From positions 84,136,001 to 84,200,000 of the forward strand of contig NC_086108.1 in the NCBI RefSeq assembly GCF_963921235.1: a stretch of 64,000 bases of DNA. The letters are read 5' to 3'. Made by a program: the position numbers and the translations under genes. The notes below the pieces were generated by a model. It saw only the letters and a list, made by a program, of their open reading frames with translations, did no database searches and was not told the DNA's origin. The DNA comes from Mobula hypostoma. Taxonomy: Eukaryota. This document shows, piece after piece, positions 13,546 to 27,444 of the stretch (position 1 is its first letter; each line of letters begins with the position of its first letter).

Positions 13546-15141
13546 CAGTTGCAAGTAAAAGTTTGTGAACCCTTTGCAATTACCTGGTCTTCTGCATTAA
13601 TTATTCACAAGATGTGGTCTGATCTTCATCCAAGTCACAATAACAGACAAACACAATTTGCCTAAACTAATAACACACAAACAATTGCACTTCTTGTTAA
13701 TAATGAGTACACCATTTAAACAATCACAGTCTAGGTTCAAAAAAGTACGTGAACCTCTGGGGTAATGCCTTCTGCAAAACTTATTTGAAGTCAGGGGTTC
13801 CAATCAATGAGATGAGATTGGAGGAGTGGGTTGTGGAGGTGCCCTGCCCTATGAACAACACACACACCAAGTCAGGTCCCTGACTGAGCCCGCTCTTCTC
13901 AAGAAAGATCTCTCTAAGTGCATCATGCCTCAATCAAAACATCATTCAGAGGACCTTAGAAGAAGAATTGTAGGGATGCATCAAGCTGGAAAAGGCTACA
14001 AAAATATTTCTAAAGACCCAAGTATCCATCAGTCCACAGTAAGAGAAACTGTCTACAAATGGAGGAAACTCAGTACTGTTGCTACTCTACCTAGGATTGG
14101 GTATGCTGCAAAAATTACACCAAGAGCACAATGTGTAATGCGGAAAAAAAGGTATCAAGACCTGCAGAAATTTCTAGAACTTGCTAAAGTCTCTGTTCAT
14201 GTGTCCACTATAAGTAAAATCTCATCCCTACACTGGTATTCATGGAAGGACACCACAGAGGAAACAACTGCTGTCTAAAAAAAACATTGTTGCACATCTC
14301 AAGTTTGCAAAAGACCACTTGGATGTTCCACAATGCTTCTGGGACAATGTTCTGTGGACAGATGAGACAAATGTTGAACTTTTTGGCAGAAATGCACACC
14401 ACTATGTTTGGAGGATAAAGGACATTGCAAACCAATACCGAAACCTCATCCCAACTGTGAAGCACGGTGGAAGGAACATCATGGTTTAGGGCTGCTTTGC
14501 TGCCTCAGGGCCTGGACAGCTTGCAATCGTTGAGGAAACAATGAATTGAAATTGTATCAAGACATTTTACAGGAGAATGTCAGGGTAGTGGTCCTTCACT
14601 TGACGCTTAATAAAAGTTGAATGATGCAACAAGACAATGATGCAAAACATGAGTAAATCAACAACAGAATGGTTTAAAAAGAAGGAATTTTATGCTTTGG
14701 AATGGCCAAGTCAGAGTTCAGACTTCAACCCAATTAAGATGCTGTGGCATGACCTACGGCTGTTCATGTAAGGTATCCCAGAAATATGGATGAACTAAAG
14801 CAGTTTTGTATTGAGTAAAGGGCTAAAATTCCTCCTTGTCGTTGTGCAAGTCTGATCAGTAGCGACAGGAAAAATTTGGTGGATATTTATTGCTGCTAAA
14901 GGAGGTTCAACCAGTTATTAAATACAAGGGTTCACATACTTTTTTTCAGCCTGGACTGTGAATGATTAAACAATGTGTTAAATAAAGACATGAAAAGTAC
15001 AAATGTCCATGTGTTATTAGTTTAGATAGATTGTGTTTATCTATTATTGTAACTTAGATGAAGATCAGACCACATTTTATGAGTAATTAATGCAGAAAAA
15101 CAGGTAATTGCAAAGGGTTCACAAACTTTTTCTTGCAACTG
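13546..15141 (+). mobile_element. Full-span Tc1 element with long (about 210 bp) IR/DR-type TIRs; transposase pseudogene 13925-14921
   Basis: TA|cagttgcaagtaaaagtttgtgaaccc...gggttcacaaactttttcttgcaactg|TA. MPQSKHHSEDLRRRIV start; WTDET and QDND motifs; frameshifts and stops. Confidence 0.95.
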
Positions 15142-15255
15142 TAAGTAACTTGCTACAGCACCTATGAAAATGTTTGAAGATCAATCACATTGATTTATGT
15201 CCAGAATCATATATTAGGAAAACAGATTATGGGTGTTAGACTTCTTTTTCTAAAG

Positions 15256-15322
15256 CAGGGGTTCACAGTGACCCCTCGGCTAATGGCAGGGGTCCAAAAA
15301 TAAAAAAGGTCGGAAATCCATG
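15256..15322. mobile_element. Small hAT (Charlie-like) MITE remnant
   Basis: caggggttc...ggaaatccatg ends, with a near-identical 8-bp flank ttctaaag/ttcaaaag. Confidence 0.55.
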
Positions 15323-17597
15323 TTCAAAAGGAAAATGATACATCAGTTGGGTTCTTGCAACTACTGTATATGATGGCTTCTACTTAATTCAGCTCTTTGT
15401 TTCTAATTTTTTAAGATTTTCTCTGTCATAATATAAACTCAAAAAATGAGCCCAAATGGGTTTCAAATGTTCTCTTTAAAATATTCCAAAATACTTGTAT
15501 GATATAGACATAATAAGAAATTGAATGCCTTCATCTTACTAAAGTATGCATCCAATTTCTTGTTTTTAAGTAAACTTTTCAATCTCTGCCACCAAGAAGG
15601 AAAAGTGCAGCACGTGCTTGGGAAAATAAAAGCCTCCACGTTTCCTTCCCAGTCACACCAAACTTTCAAGCATGTAATCACCACTGATTCATTGTTGCTG
15701 GGTGAAATCTTTGAGACTACCTGAATGATGGCACTGCAGGAACACCTTGGTCACACGACCACAGATCTGCACCTTTTCATGGACATCAGCTATCCTCACT
15801 CCTGACAAACCTTTTATAAAGTCCTATTAAAATAATGGCAATTTCATATAAATATACTTCACAACAGATATATCTATTACCTATCATCAAAGATCCCCAT
15901 AATCTAGTCCATGCCAAATTTACACAGACGCTATTGAGCAGGAGGTACAGAAGCCTGAAGTGCCACAGTTGCTTCCCTTCTACCATTCGATTCTTCAACC
16001 AACCAGCAAAAGTCTAACTGCTACAGTTTAGCAACACTATGACTGCAGTAACCACCTTGCACTTTGGATTTCCAAAATACAGGTGCAATTCCTATGAACT
16101 GAAAAGGCATACCAACAATGCAGATGAATGAATCGTCCATTGTAGAAACAAACCAGAGGAATGGATTCTAGTTCACCCCATGTTTCCTTCATGGTTCCTG
16201 ATGATCCTTACCCTATTCCTCCGAATAAGCCTGAATTGCTCTCTGCACTTGGGTGACTTCACAGGCATAAGATATTTCCTTAGACACCCTTTTGACACAA
16301 ATTGTCTAAAAATTTTTTTGGAGGCATAGGTCTCAGTTTCCCACCATCAACGTTGTGAAGCTAACTTCTCTGAATACCCAATACTTCTAACCTTAACAAA
16401 TCATTTATTGATGTGCTAAATTATGTTATTCATTTGGTCTGCAAGCTTCCTGAAACTAAGCAATCTATTCAGCCTGTCCATTTTGAAACAGCCAAGTTAA
16501 GTAACCCATTGTCTTATACTGCACTCATGAGCAGTAATAAATCAGCTCCTACTTCTAGACCCTACTTCTCACAGAACACCTGCTATATACAGAGTTTGTT
16601 TGCAAAGTTGGGCTTTTAACTTCAAACTGATTGCTGTTTTCCAGTTACATGTTAAGAACTGAAGACTGACTCCCATTCACGACCAGAAACCAAACAACTA
16701 TTATCAATTGGAAGTTTTCTCAAAAGTGTTTGGTATCATAAGTGGCAGCAACTATGTTTAGAAAGCAGGCTTTGTAAAACATGAGAAACAGGCTCACTGG
16801 CCTAGGAAGCTAAAACCTATTACAATTGCTCCCATGAATCAGCAGATGCACAGCAGCATCACACTGAAAGAGCAAAAGACTTAACTCTATTGCAGTTTGT
16901 TACATCATACAGAAACTTCTTACACGCTTCACACATAATAAACTACTTTGAAGCGCAGTTTCTATTATGCTGTAGGCAAACACCACATTTTGTATAAAAC
17001 AAAATTCCATCAAACAATGAGAAGAATAATCAGCTACTTTTTAAGTATTGCTTATCATGGGGAAAACATTGGCATGGCAACTCTGAGGAATTGGTTCATT
17101 TCTTCAAATAGGATGACATAATCATGAAAATATATTTCAATTTAATGTTATAATAAAGAGCAAGATTACAGAAACATAATTTTAGATTATATATTGAAGC
17201 TCTATAACTGAAATTATATCTACAATCTGCTGACACAATCAAAGCTGACAATCAGCCAAATCCATACTTTCCTTCAAAGACCAGCAGGAATGTCAATTCA
17301 TTCTCCTGATATGTATTAAATGGACAGTCCTACGTAACTGGTCAATATTTACTATTCGGTTTCAAATGCGAATAATATTAATTGTAAATCAGGTTATTAT
17401 TGTCACATGTATGGAAGGAGAGTGAAAAAACATCTTGCATAACATTCATTACCACAATGCACTGAGGTAGTACAAGGTTAAATAATAACATATTGCAGAA
17501 TAAAATGTTATAGCTGTAAAAAATGCAGTGCAGGCATACAATAAGGTGTAAGGTCATAGCAGGGGAGATTGTAAGGCTAGCAGTCCATCTTATCACA

Positions 17598-17900
17598 ATA
17601 AGACCATAAGGTCTGCTCCACTGTTAGCTCATGGCTGAATTATGTTCCCTCTCAACCCCATTATCTCGCCTTCTCCCATTATCTTTGACATCCTTACCAA
17701 TTAATTACCTATTAACCTTTGCTTTAAAGACACCAAATGGCTTGGCCTTCACAGCTGTCTGTGGCAATAACTTCCACAGATTCATCAACCCCTACCTAAA
17801 GAAATTCTTCCTCATCTCTGTTCCGAATGGGCATCCCTCCATTCTGAGGCTGTGCCCTCTGGTCCTAGACTTACCCACGACACCCTCTCCACATCCACTC
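17598..17900 (-). mobile_element. CR1 3'-end fragment within an older LINE tail
   Basis: taagaccataag tail, matching the CR1 3' fragments at 39329 and 40020. Confidence 0.7.
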
Positions 17901-18602
17901 ACAGTAGGAAACGACTCAGTAGTATTATAACAGAGGGATAGAAGCTGTTTCTGATAAGTGCTTTCAGGCTTATCCATCTTCGGCCCAATGGGAAGTGGGA
18001 GAAGAAAGAATGTCAGGTGACTGGGGTCTGATTATGCTGGCTGTTTTATCTCAGCTCTGAGAAGTGTAGACATAGAGAGGAGGGTGGTTTCCACTTGCTA
18101 TAAGGAGAGAACGGACAAACTTGCGTTGTTTTCTCTGGAGTGGGGGAGATCTGATAGAGGCTTATAACATCAGAGGTGCAGAGGGACCTAGGAGTCCTCG
18201 TGCAAGGCTCCAAGCAGGTTGAGTCTGTAGTAAAGAAGGCAAATGCAATGTTTCATTTATTTCAAGGGGAATACAATATAAAAACAAGGAGATACTGCTG
18301 AACCTTTATAAGACACAAGTCAGGCCGCACTTGAAAGATTGAAAGAATTAATTTTTTTCGCTTAAGTTGACATACAATGAGAGGAGGCATGATAGATGTG
18401 TTCAAAATCATTAAGGATATAAGGAAGGTGGATGCCTGCTGCCACTTCACAATTAATCCATCATCGAGGCCATGTGGCCATAGGTGGAGACTGGTTATGG
18501 AGAGGTTTCAGACTAACATCAGGAAGCAATTCTCTACACAGTGAGTTGTGAACACGTGGGACAAACAGTCCGAACTTTCAAAACTTTCTAATGTTCGAAT
18601 GA

Positions 18603-19850
18603 AGAGTTGATGCTTCAGGCCGAAACCCTTCATCTGGACTGAAAACCAAGGGGGAAGAAGACAGAATAAGAAGATTGGAGGACGGGAAAAGAGTACTAGC
18701 TAGGGGGTGATAGGTGAAGCCAGCTGGGAGGGAGAGGAAGTAATAAGCAGGGAGGTGACAGATGGAAAAGGTAAAGGGCTGGAGAAGAGGGAATCTGGTA
18801 GGAGAGTGGACCATGGGAGAATGGGAAGATGGAGGGGAACCAGAGGGAGGTGATAGGCAGATGAGAAGAGAAGGAGTGTTAGAGTGAGTTTTTTTGGGTA
18901 GATGATTTGTTTACACTTAAATGACTTTGGCCACCAGACTTCTATTTGACAAAGTACTGTGGATTGAGTACACAACAATGTGCTTCTTAAAACGGTGTGA
19001 ATGCCAGATGCTTCTGGCGCCATAGTTTGACCGGATGCTGTTTTTTCGAAGACAGTATTATCTATACATTATCAATATTAATCGTCTTTTATGTTAGCAC
19101 GTAAAATGCCAAATAAATGTATTGCGGATTTAACTTGCATTCCTAAAGGCTGTGGATACCAACCCAGACATGTTGGCGTCAGAAGGAAAGGATGAAGTCA
19201 GAAGGTGTGATGATTTGTATGTATCTTCAAAAGGAAGCATTGTCTATTAACTTTTTAAGTAGCGATTGCCTTTGTGTTCAGCATATAAATATCGAGCCCA
19301 CATTGGGCTAGCAGACCTTTCTACCGAAAGCGTCTCTGTCCGTATGATACCTGCTGTACCTTGTTGTGTCAAATAAAGAAGCTGCTTTGTATCTACCAGT
19401 GACTCTGTCTCTCCAGTGATTTCATCCACCCTACAACAGGAGTAAGAGGGAAGACCGAATGTAGAATAGAAAAGGAGAGAGATGGGGGCAGGGGGGGAGA
19501 AATTACTGGACGTTAGAGAAATCAATGTTCATGCCATTGGGTTGGAGGCTACCCAAACAGAATACGAAGTGTTGCTCCTCCAATCTCAGAGTAGCCACTT
19601 AATGGCAATAGAGGAGGCTATGATCCAACATGCTGGAATGGGAATGGGGGGTGGAATTAAAATGGTTGGCTACCAGGAAATCTTCTGTATTGCTGACAGA
19701 GCAAAGGTGCTCAACAAACCTTTCCAAAGGTCTTGGCTTGAAATATTGACTCTATATTCCTCTGCATGGAAGCTGTCTGACCTGCTGAAATCCTCCAGCA
19801 TTTTGTGCGTGTTACTCTGGATTTCTAGCAAACTGTAGAATCTCGTGTTC
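18603..19850 (-). mobile_element. PLE 3' fragment (GIY-YIG remnant at about 19500-19700) with an inverted end copy at about 19720-19850; interrupted by a solo LTR
   Basis: Similar to 10126-10800. Decayed hammerhead motif at about 18605-18640. Confidence 0.8.
18877..19438 (+). mobile_element. Solo LTR, 562 bp
   Basis: TGTT...AACA termini, perfect 4-bp TSD ggag (18873-18876, 19439-19442), TATAAA at 19284, AATAAA at 19372. PLE sequence resumes across the insertion. Confidence 0.8.
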
Positions 19851-22514
19851 TTGACTCAACTACAACAAAGCCAATGCAAGCTTAATGAACATCACAATTA
19901 TCTCCCATCTGGGCATAATGTAGTCTGCTGGACTCAAAATCAAACTCTCCAACTTCAGAATTTCACTATTTTTTTGTATTTTCTGGCTTCTGTGAATGTC
20001 CCACAACCTTTTCATTCATAGTACATCAGCTAATGGATTTTAACTTCTCCTTAACTCCCATATTATGTCTCCATTCTCACTCAATCAGATACTCTTTCCT
20101 TGCTCCACCCAATCCTCTCCCCATCTTCTACTAATTTGTTTCTTTGTTTCCCTGTTCTGATGAAGGTTCTTGTAACCATTTCACTGTCCATGGATACCTT
20201 CATCTCTGACCTTAAAACCTTTGAAATAATTTTGAGTTTTCATCCAATCTCTGTGGAACAGGAGCCCGAGAGGCTAGCTGGCCACTGCTACTCTGTCCTA
20301 GTGTAAATAACTAAGTGATTAGCCAGAACAAAATAGCTCACAATTTCTCTAGCAAAGCTGATTGGGTTTAATGGCCTCCTGTATGATATACTAGCTTAAG
20401 ATTTATACAGTATTGGAAAGACATTTTGTAAGTATAAATCTGTGCAATTTTATAATTTGAGTGGCATAAAATTACCATTGTTTAGTAACTCAACTTCTAT
20501 AGCTAGCTATTAATTACTTTGTGCCTAAGATAGAAAATATTTCTAATTTACAGCACAAACACCTTCAAATTAACTGGTTCAAGAATTTTAGAAAAAATTA
20601 AGTGTTGAGTTGTGTCTTCCCTAAAATTAAAGATTTTTAAGGCAAAATTAGTAGCTTATTTGAGGTTTCCATAAGACCGTAAGATATAGAAGAAGAAGCA
20701 GGCCATTCGGCCCATTGAGTCTGCTCCGTCATTCAATCATGGGCTGATCCAATTCCTCCAGTGTTTCCTGAAGATCTCCTCTATATCTTGAAGGAAAGTC
20801 TATTTAGGAGCTTAGAGAGACAGTGCTGTTTTCACTGAAACATTGATTAATTCACACTGATTGCAGGAAAACAGTTCATGCTATCAATTTTAAAAGACGA
20901 GTCCAAGTAAAATAAGTTCTGTCTTTTTTGCTATATTGATTTTCATCCATTTTGTCAGATAATACATAATATAGTGAATTGCAGTTTTAAATTATTACAA
21001 AATTACATAAAAATACAGAAAATATTCAGTCTATTTAATGTCAACAAAGATGTGATATGAAAGATAAAAAGAACTTGAGATTGCACCTATCGTGTACACT
21101 GCTGAAAAAGTATGGATCAAGATGCAACAGTGGTTTTCAAATGGGAATTGGAAAACTATTTTTGAAGTCTAAATAGTTGAAGTTAAAACAGTTGCAGGCA
21201 ATGGGCAAAAAAAAAGAGTAAATGGGATTTCTCCACGGAGGTAACACAGACTCAAGTGGGCCAACCGACTTAGATCCTTCTGAATATAACAACTATATAA
21301 TTTTCATCTTTTGAAAATGGCTTAAATGCTTCACTCTGAAGAATACTAATATTCCTTTAATGTGCCTGCTTACAACTTGGACACAACAGATTGTTTTATT
21401 TTCCATTTATCGTCTATTTTTAAAAAATATTCCGAACTTGCTCAAGTCTTCTGTGCAACTCTCTATAAGCCTTCATTCTGTGAAGCACATGCACTAGGCT
21501 AACATCAACCCAATGAATGATATTTGGAATACATCCACTTCTTACCATCACCGTTAGACTCTTTCCGTAAGTTAATCGGAGCATGAACAATTTTTTCCTC
21601 ACTTCTTTCCACAAAAGATAACACACTTCGCAAAGATGGACAATTATTTTGAATACCACTTAAACATAAAATAATATTTCTAAGTCACATGCCTACAACT
21701 CCTGTGCCTTGAGTTATTACTTCAGAATGTTTGGAAGTGCATCCGCTATTTTACATAAAAATAATTAAAGCTGAGTGCAATTTTAGATCCTATTACACTT
21801 GTGATGTACCACAGTGTAAACAGTTATTTTTGCGGTAGCCTCAGGAGATTAAATTAAGTTCACAAAAGGCCAAGTTGCAAAGAGTTTGTGGAAGTAATAG
21901 GCTTACTGCTCTGACTTATCTTTTCTTATTCCACATCTCCATGGATGACATACTTACCTAAAGTATACAAATCTTCTAAGTAGATTTTCATGTGTTTTTG
22001 ACAAGTTCACAGAATCTAAAAGATTATTATAGGCAAAATGTATTCAGTATAACGTTTCCACACTTAATAACTCAATTTGGTTATGAGACACTTTTATTTA
22101 TAACTAGATTGCTTTTCATCCTTTATTGCTTCAATCAAAACTGGGCCACTCCACCAATGCTCATTAGAAATAGGAGTGATTACAGTCTTTCCAGAGCTGT
22201 ATGTTGACCAAGCGGCATCCCCAGGAAGAATTGTTGACAGCTAGATATAGACTATGTATCCAGTATTAAGTTTTCTCAAATGACATATTTCTTAAAAATG
22301 GTACCCTTTTCTATCCTGGATACCAGTCAATGCAAAATTAAAACGTGCTTCATGGTTAAGCTCCCATTATAATTGTCCGTCGGCAGAACAGATCCTTAAT
22401 GAGTTAAGGGACTTAACAAAAGTGGGTTTCTGTGACCATAAAACTAAGGATAAGTATCGTTGCATCATATATCTCTGAATGTTGATTTATGCTCATCAAC
22501 TTGAAATTGATAGG

Positions 22515-22705
22515 GTGTCTGTAAGGAGTTTGCATGTTCTCCCCATGACCACGAGGCTTTCCTTCCGCAGTCCAAAAATGTACGAATTAGTAGGTTAATT
22601 GGTCATTGTACATTGTCCCGTGATTAGGCTAGGATTAAATCGGGGTTTACTGGATGGTGTGGCTCGAACAGCTGGAAGGGCTTATTCTGCACCGTATCTC
22701 AATAA
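22515..22705 (+). mobile_element. V-SINE/HE1-like SINE fragment
   Basis: Core ggagtttgcatgttctcccc...cagtccaaa...ggttaattgg. Confidence 0.65.
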
Positions 22706-23927
22706 GTAAATGAAAGTACTTTCCATTTGGACGTCTGTTGTCAGCAGCAAGAATTATGAGGTCAGAACTTCAAGTTCCAGGACACACAGAATAAATTCCC
22801 TCACTTTAAAACTGACTTTTTTCTTCTCCTTTAAAAGGGCACGGCAGCAAAAATTTCTGTCCCCTTTGCATATGATTGTTCTTGGAGTGCAAACAGGTGA
22901 GATGTTGTGTTCTGTTCCTGTCCAATGGAAGTTAGGTTGATACCACCAAAGTTATCTGTATTTGTGGGACGGGAATTTCTTTTGGACACATTGGGCAATT
23001 GCAAAGCACATGGAGAGCACATAATGGATATGATACCCTACTTCATGTTTACAATAAATAAGGCTGAAAATCAAACAAAATGCAAAAATTGCTGCTAGCT
23101 CAATATCATCTGTTTTCCACAGCCATTCTAGTGAAATTTATACTCTAGAATATAAGCATTTCTTTTTTTCACAACACATTACCCTAAATGAAGCTGCTTC
23201 ACAAAATAAGCATTCTGATTACAGAAATTTATAGCAACAAAGCATATTGCTCAACTTTAAAGTTGTACATATTTGGAACAGCCTGGAGGAAATGGTCTAA
23301 GGACAAAAAGTACCAGCTGCTCATAGCAACATTATACGCAAGCTGGGAAGGGGAGTGTCTGCTATCAGACATCTTAGAAAGCAAACCCTTTAAACTATTC
23401 ACTATCATTGAATTTAGAAGAAAAGCTAATCCTCAGGCATTTTCACATTTCTCTGTTCCGAATACTTAATCTGTTTATTGAATACGTTCAAACAAATAGG
23501 GAAAGGGGCAGAGTAGTTCAACAAGGACTAAATTAAATGATTAGATATAAGTTTATCTAAAGAACAGCAATGTGGACCAGAAGAGTAATTAATAATAAAG
23601 ATATTGTAACTGATACTGTAGAAATGGAACCGACAAGTGTATTTGCAAAATGTTCTATGCAAACACCAATCAACAAAGAGGAGTTATCTTATTGAAGACA
23701 CCAGTCCTCAGCTAGATTCCAGACAGATTTGCAGAAAAGGTTTTCTTACAAAGAATTAGCATCTGTGAGAGAATATTTAACTTCATGGTGATTTTTGTCT
23801 TACTGGGAGATCCAAGAATATAATTCAGGGTGAAAAATACAAAAACAAAATACAATTCTTCCCATTTCTTTTCCAGTCCTGATGAAGGGTCTCGGCCTGA
23901 AATGTCAACCATTTATTCCCATCCATA

Positions 23928-25550
23928 CAGTGGCACGTAAAAGTTTGGGCACCCCGGTCAAAATTTCTGTTACTGTGAATAGCTAAGCGAGTAAAAGATG
24001 AACTGATTTCCAAAAGGCATAAAGTTAAAGATGACACATTTCTTTAATATTTTAAGCAAGATTACTTTCTCATTTCCATCTTTTACAGTTTCAAAATAAC
24101 AAAAAAGGAAAAGGGCCCGAAGCAAAAGTTTGAGCACCCTGCATGGTCAGTACTTAGTAACGCCCCCTTTGGCAAGTATCACAGCTTGCAAACACTTTTT
24201 GTAGCCAGCTACGAGTCTTTCAATTCTTGTTTGGGGAACTTTCGCCCATTCTTCCTTGCAAAAGACTTCTAGTTCTGTGAGATTCTTGGGCTGCCTTGCA
24301 TACACTGCTCTTTTGAGATTCATCCACAGATTTTCGACGATGTTTAGATCGGGGGACTGTGAGGGCTACGGCAAAGTCTTCAGTTTGCGCCTCTTGAGGT
24401 AGTCCATTGTGGATTTTGAGGTGTGTTTAGGATCATTATCCTGTTGTAGAAGCCATCCTCTTTTCATCTTCGGCTTTTTTACAGACGGTGTGATGTTTGC
24501 TTCCAGAATTTGCTGGTATTTAATTGAATTCATTCTTCCCTCTACCAGTGAAATGTTCCCCGTGCCACTGGCTGCAACACAAGCCCAAAGCATGATCAAT
24601 CCACCCCCGAGCTTAACAGTTGGAGAGGGGTTCTTTTCATGAAATTCTGCACTCTTTTCTCTCCAAACATACCTTTGCTCATTGCAGCCAAAAAGTTCTA
24701 TTTTAACTTCATCAGTCCACAGGACTTGTTTCCAAAATGCATCAGGCTTGTTTAGATGTTCCTTTGCAAACTTATTATGCTGAATTTTGTGGTGAGGACA
24801 CAGGAAAGGTTTTCTTCTGATGACTCTTCCATGAATGTTATATTTGTGCAGGTGTTGCTGCACAGTAGAACAGTGCACCACCACACCAGAGTCTGCTAAA
24901 TCTTCCTGAAGGTCTTTTGCAGTCAAACGGGGGTTTTGGTTTGCCTTTCTAGCAATCCTACAAGTAGTTCTCTCAGAAAGTTTTCTTGGTCTTCCAGACC
25001 TCAACTTGACCTCCACCGTTCCTGTTAACTGCCATTTCTTAATTACATTACGAACTGAGGAAACGGCTACCTGAAAACGCTTTGCTATCTTCTTATAGCC
25101 TTCTCCTGCTTTGTCAGCATCATTTATTTTAATTTTCAGAGTGCTAGGCAGCTGCTTAGAGGAGCCCACGGCTGCTGATTGTTGGGATAAGGTTTGAGGA
25201 GTCAGGGTATTTATAAAGCTTTGATATTTGCATCACCTGGCCTTTCCTAAGAATGACTGTGAACAAGCCATAGCCTTAACAAGCTTAGGAAGGTCTGAGA
25301 CCTTGGTGAAAGTTACCTGAGAGCTCAAATCTCTTCGGGTGCACAAACTTTTGCATAGTGCTCCTTTCCTTTTTTTCCACTCTAAAATTGTACAAAACAA
25401 AAATAATACACTAAACTTGCTTAATCTTGTTGAAAACGATGTTCCATCTTTAACTTTATGACTTTTGGAGATCAGTTCATTTTTTACTCACTTAACTATT
25501 TATAGTAACAGAAATTTTGACCGGGATGCCCAAACTTTTGCATGCCACTG
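23928..25550 (-). mobile_element. Full-length Tc1 (DD34E) element, 1623 bp, IR/DR TIRs, inserted at a TA within a PLE end
   Basis: TA|cagtggcacgtaaaagtttgggcaccc...gggatgcccaaacttttgcatgccactg|TA. An inner repeat caaaagtttg(a/g)gcaccc lies about 190 bp inside. The host sequence ccata|gatgct rejoins across the insertion. Confidence 0.96.
24147..25169 (-). pseudogene. Tc1 transposase, 340 codons with no frameshift; GTG start and one TGG>TAG stop at 24366-24368
   Basis: Reading through the stop gives LP*PSQSPDLNIVENLW...AKGGVTKY*. WTDE / QDND / ENLW, with 34 residues between the second D and the E. Confidence 0.93.
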
Positions 25551-25819
25551 TAGATGCTATCTGACCTACTGAGCTCCTCCTGCACATTGGGTGCATTGCT
25601 CTAGATTTCCATCATTTGCAGAACCTTTTGTGTCAAAGAATTTAAAACTTGTATATTATTGAGACTCACATAATGCCAAGACATTTTAAAGCATATTTCA
25701 GCCACTAAAGTACTTCTGAAATGTTGCCACTATTTTACCCAGAAAATGTAATGGGTACTTTGCACTAAAGGGGTTCTACAGTTAACAGAGTATAATAACC
25801 AGTTGGGATACTACGTAAG

Positions 25820-26530
25820 GAACTGCAGATATTGGAATCCAGTGCAAAAAATAAACTGATGGAAGAACTCAGCAGGTGGAGACAAAGGGGTGGTTGATGC
25901 TTTGGGTTGAGAACTCAGAGTATAGAGAGGAGATAGCCAGTATAAAGATGTGAAAGGAAGGGGTGAGACAAGAGCTGGCAGGTGAGAGCTGAAGGATGGA
26001 ATGATTGCTAGTCACAGCAATGTGGGAGAGGGACATATACGAGAGTTTTGAGAAAGAGAGATTGGTTGGTAGATGATTGGTAAGAACACAAGGCAAAAAA
26101 AAGAGATAGACAGACAGACCTGGGTAGAGGAGGAAATGGGGAAGGATAGAGACAAAGACTTGTAGGTGATAGGTAGAACCAAATAAGGGAAGGGATGGGC
26201 AGACAGAACCAGGCAGGGAAGAACTTAGGGTATGTGAAGCAAAGGAGAAAAAAAATGCAGAATCCTATATTTCACTCTCCTCTCCTATCAGATTCCTTCA
26301 TCTCCAGCCCTTTACCATTCTCAGCCACCTGGCTATACCTCTCACCTTCTAGCTATCCCTCTTCCTCTCCCCCTTCCCACCTTTTTTATTCAGGTGTCTT
26401 CCTCCTTCCTTTCCAGTCCTGGAGAAGGGTCTTGGCCCGAACGATCGACAGTTTGTTCATTTCTGTGGATGCTGTCTGATCTGCTGAGTTCCTCCAGCAT
26501 TTTGTTATGTTGCCTTGAATTTCTTGCGTT
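25820..26530. mobile_element. Degraded inverted pair of PLE 3' ends
   Basis: Minus copy at about 25820-26260 (purine-rich) and plus copy at about 26270-26530 ending gatgctgtctgatctgctgagttcctccagc. Confidence 0.7.
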
Positions 26531-27444
26531 TGATTAATGGATAGGAAACAGGTCAAAACTGACTTTTATATGTTAGCAATGGTGATCCAAATAAGTGAAT
26601 AGAGTCCAGATTTTTAGAGAAAAAAATTTTATGGCCTTTATTCGAGCTCGGCTTTAAAATTGGGCCAATCTGTCAGTATTAAACACAATGGAGAAAATAA
26701 AGCATTCAGCAACATTAAAATATCATTGGTAATGGATGATCTAATGCTCTCAAACTGTACAAACAAAATATACCCTGCAGAAGCCACAAATTATTTGTTG
26801 CCAGCTCCTGTGATCTTCAGTAGCAGACAGAACTGACATTTCACAAGGAAAAAAAATGGGAAATTTGGGAATTTGTTAAAGAATATCATCAACTCCCTTA
26901 TGTTTTTCTGACTTGTGCACTGTCAAGTACAGTGTTTCAAAAAACATTAAATATTCTTAGACTCTCTTTCAACAGTTAGGCTTGACACTAATCTACAAAG
27001 CACAATAGAAATGTACATTACCAGCCTGTCACTTTCAGTAAGATATAGATTTAACCTTTCACTGAAACTTTACTACTGTGCTAATGACAGAAAAGGGAAA
27101 ATTAACCCCACATGGTCTGGTTCTTATTTTGGAATTTTACATTGAATGTAAGAAGGCTGTTTAGTACTTTATACAGTTTCACAGTTGTTGGAGCTTAATC
27201 GCAGAATATATTGTAGTTTTTATCTATACTGAATATGAACACCAATGGAACAGTGAATGGCTTGTAATAGAATTTCACTAGCTGTCATTACATAAAACAT
27301 CTCCACATTTCTTTCACTATCTGTTCTGTCGCAGTGCAGCAAAAATATAGTGGGTGACTGTTAAGACCGGAAGGATGATATGGTAATCAAATAACTGACA
27401 GTTATCTTGAAAGTTGTCAAACCTCTTGAGTGTTGTTCAAGTAA

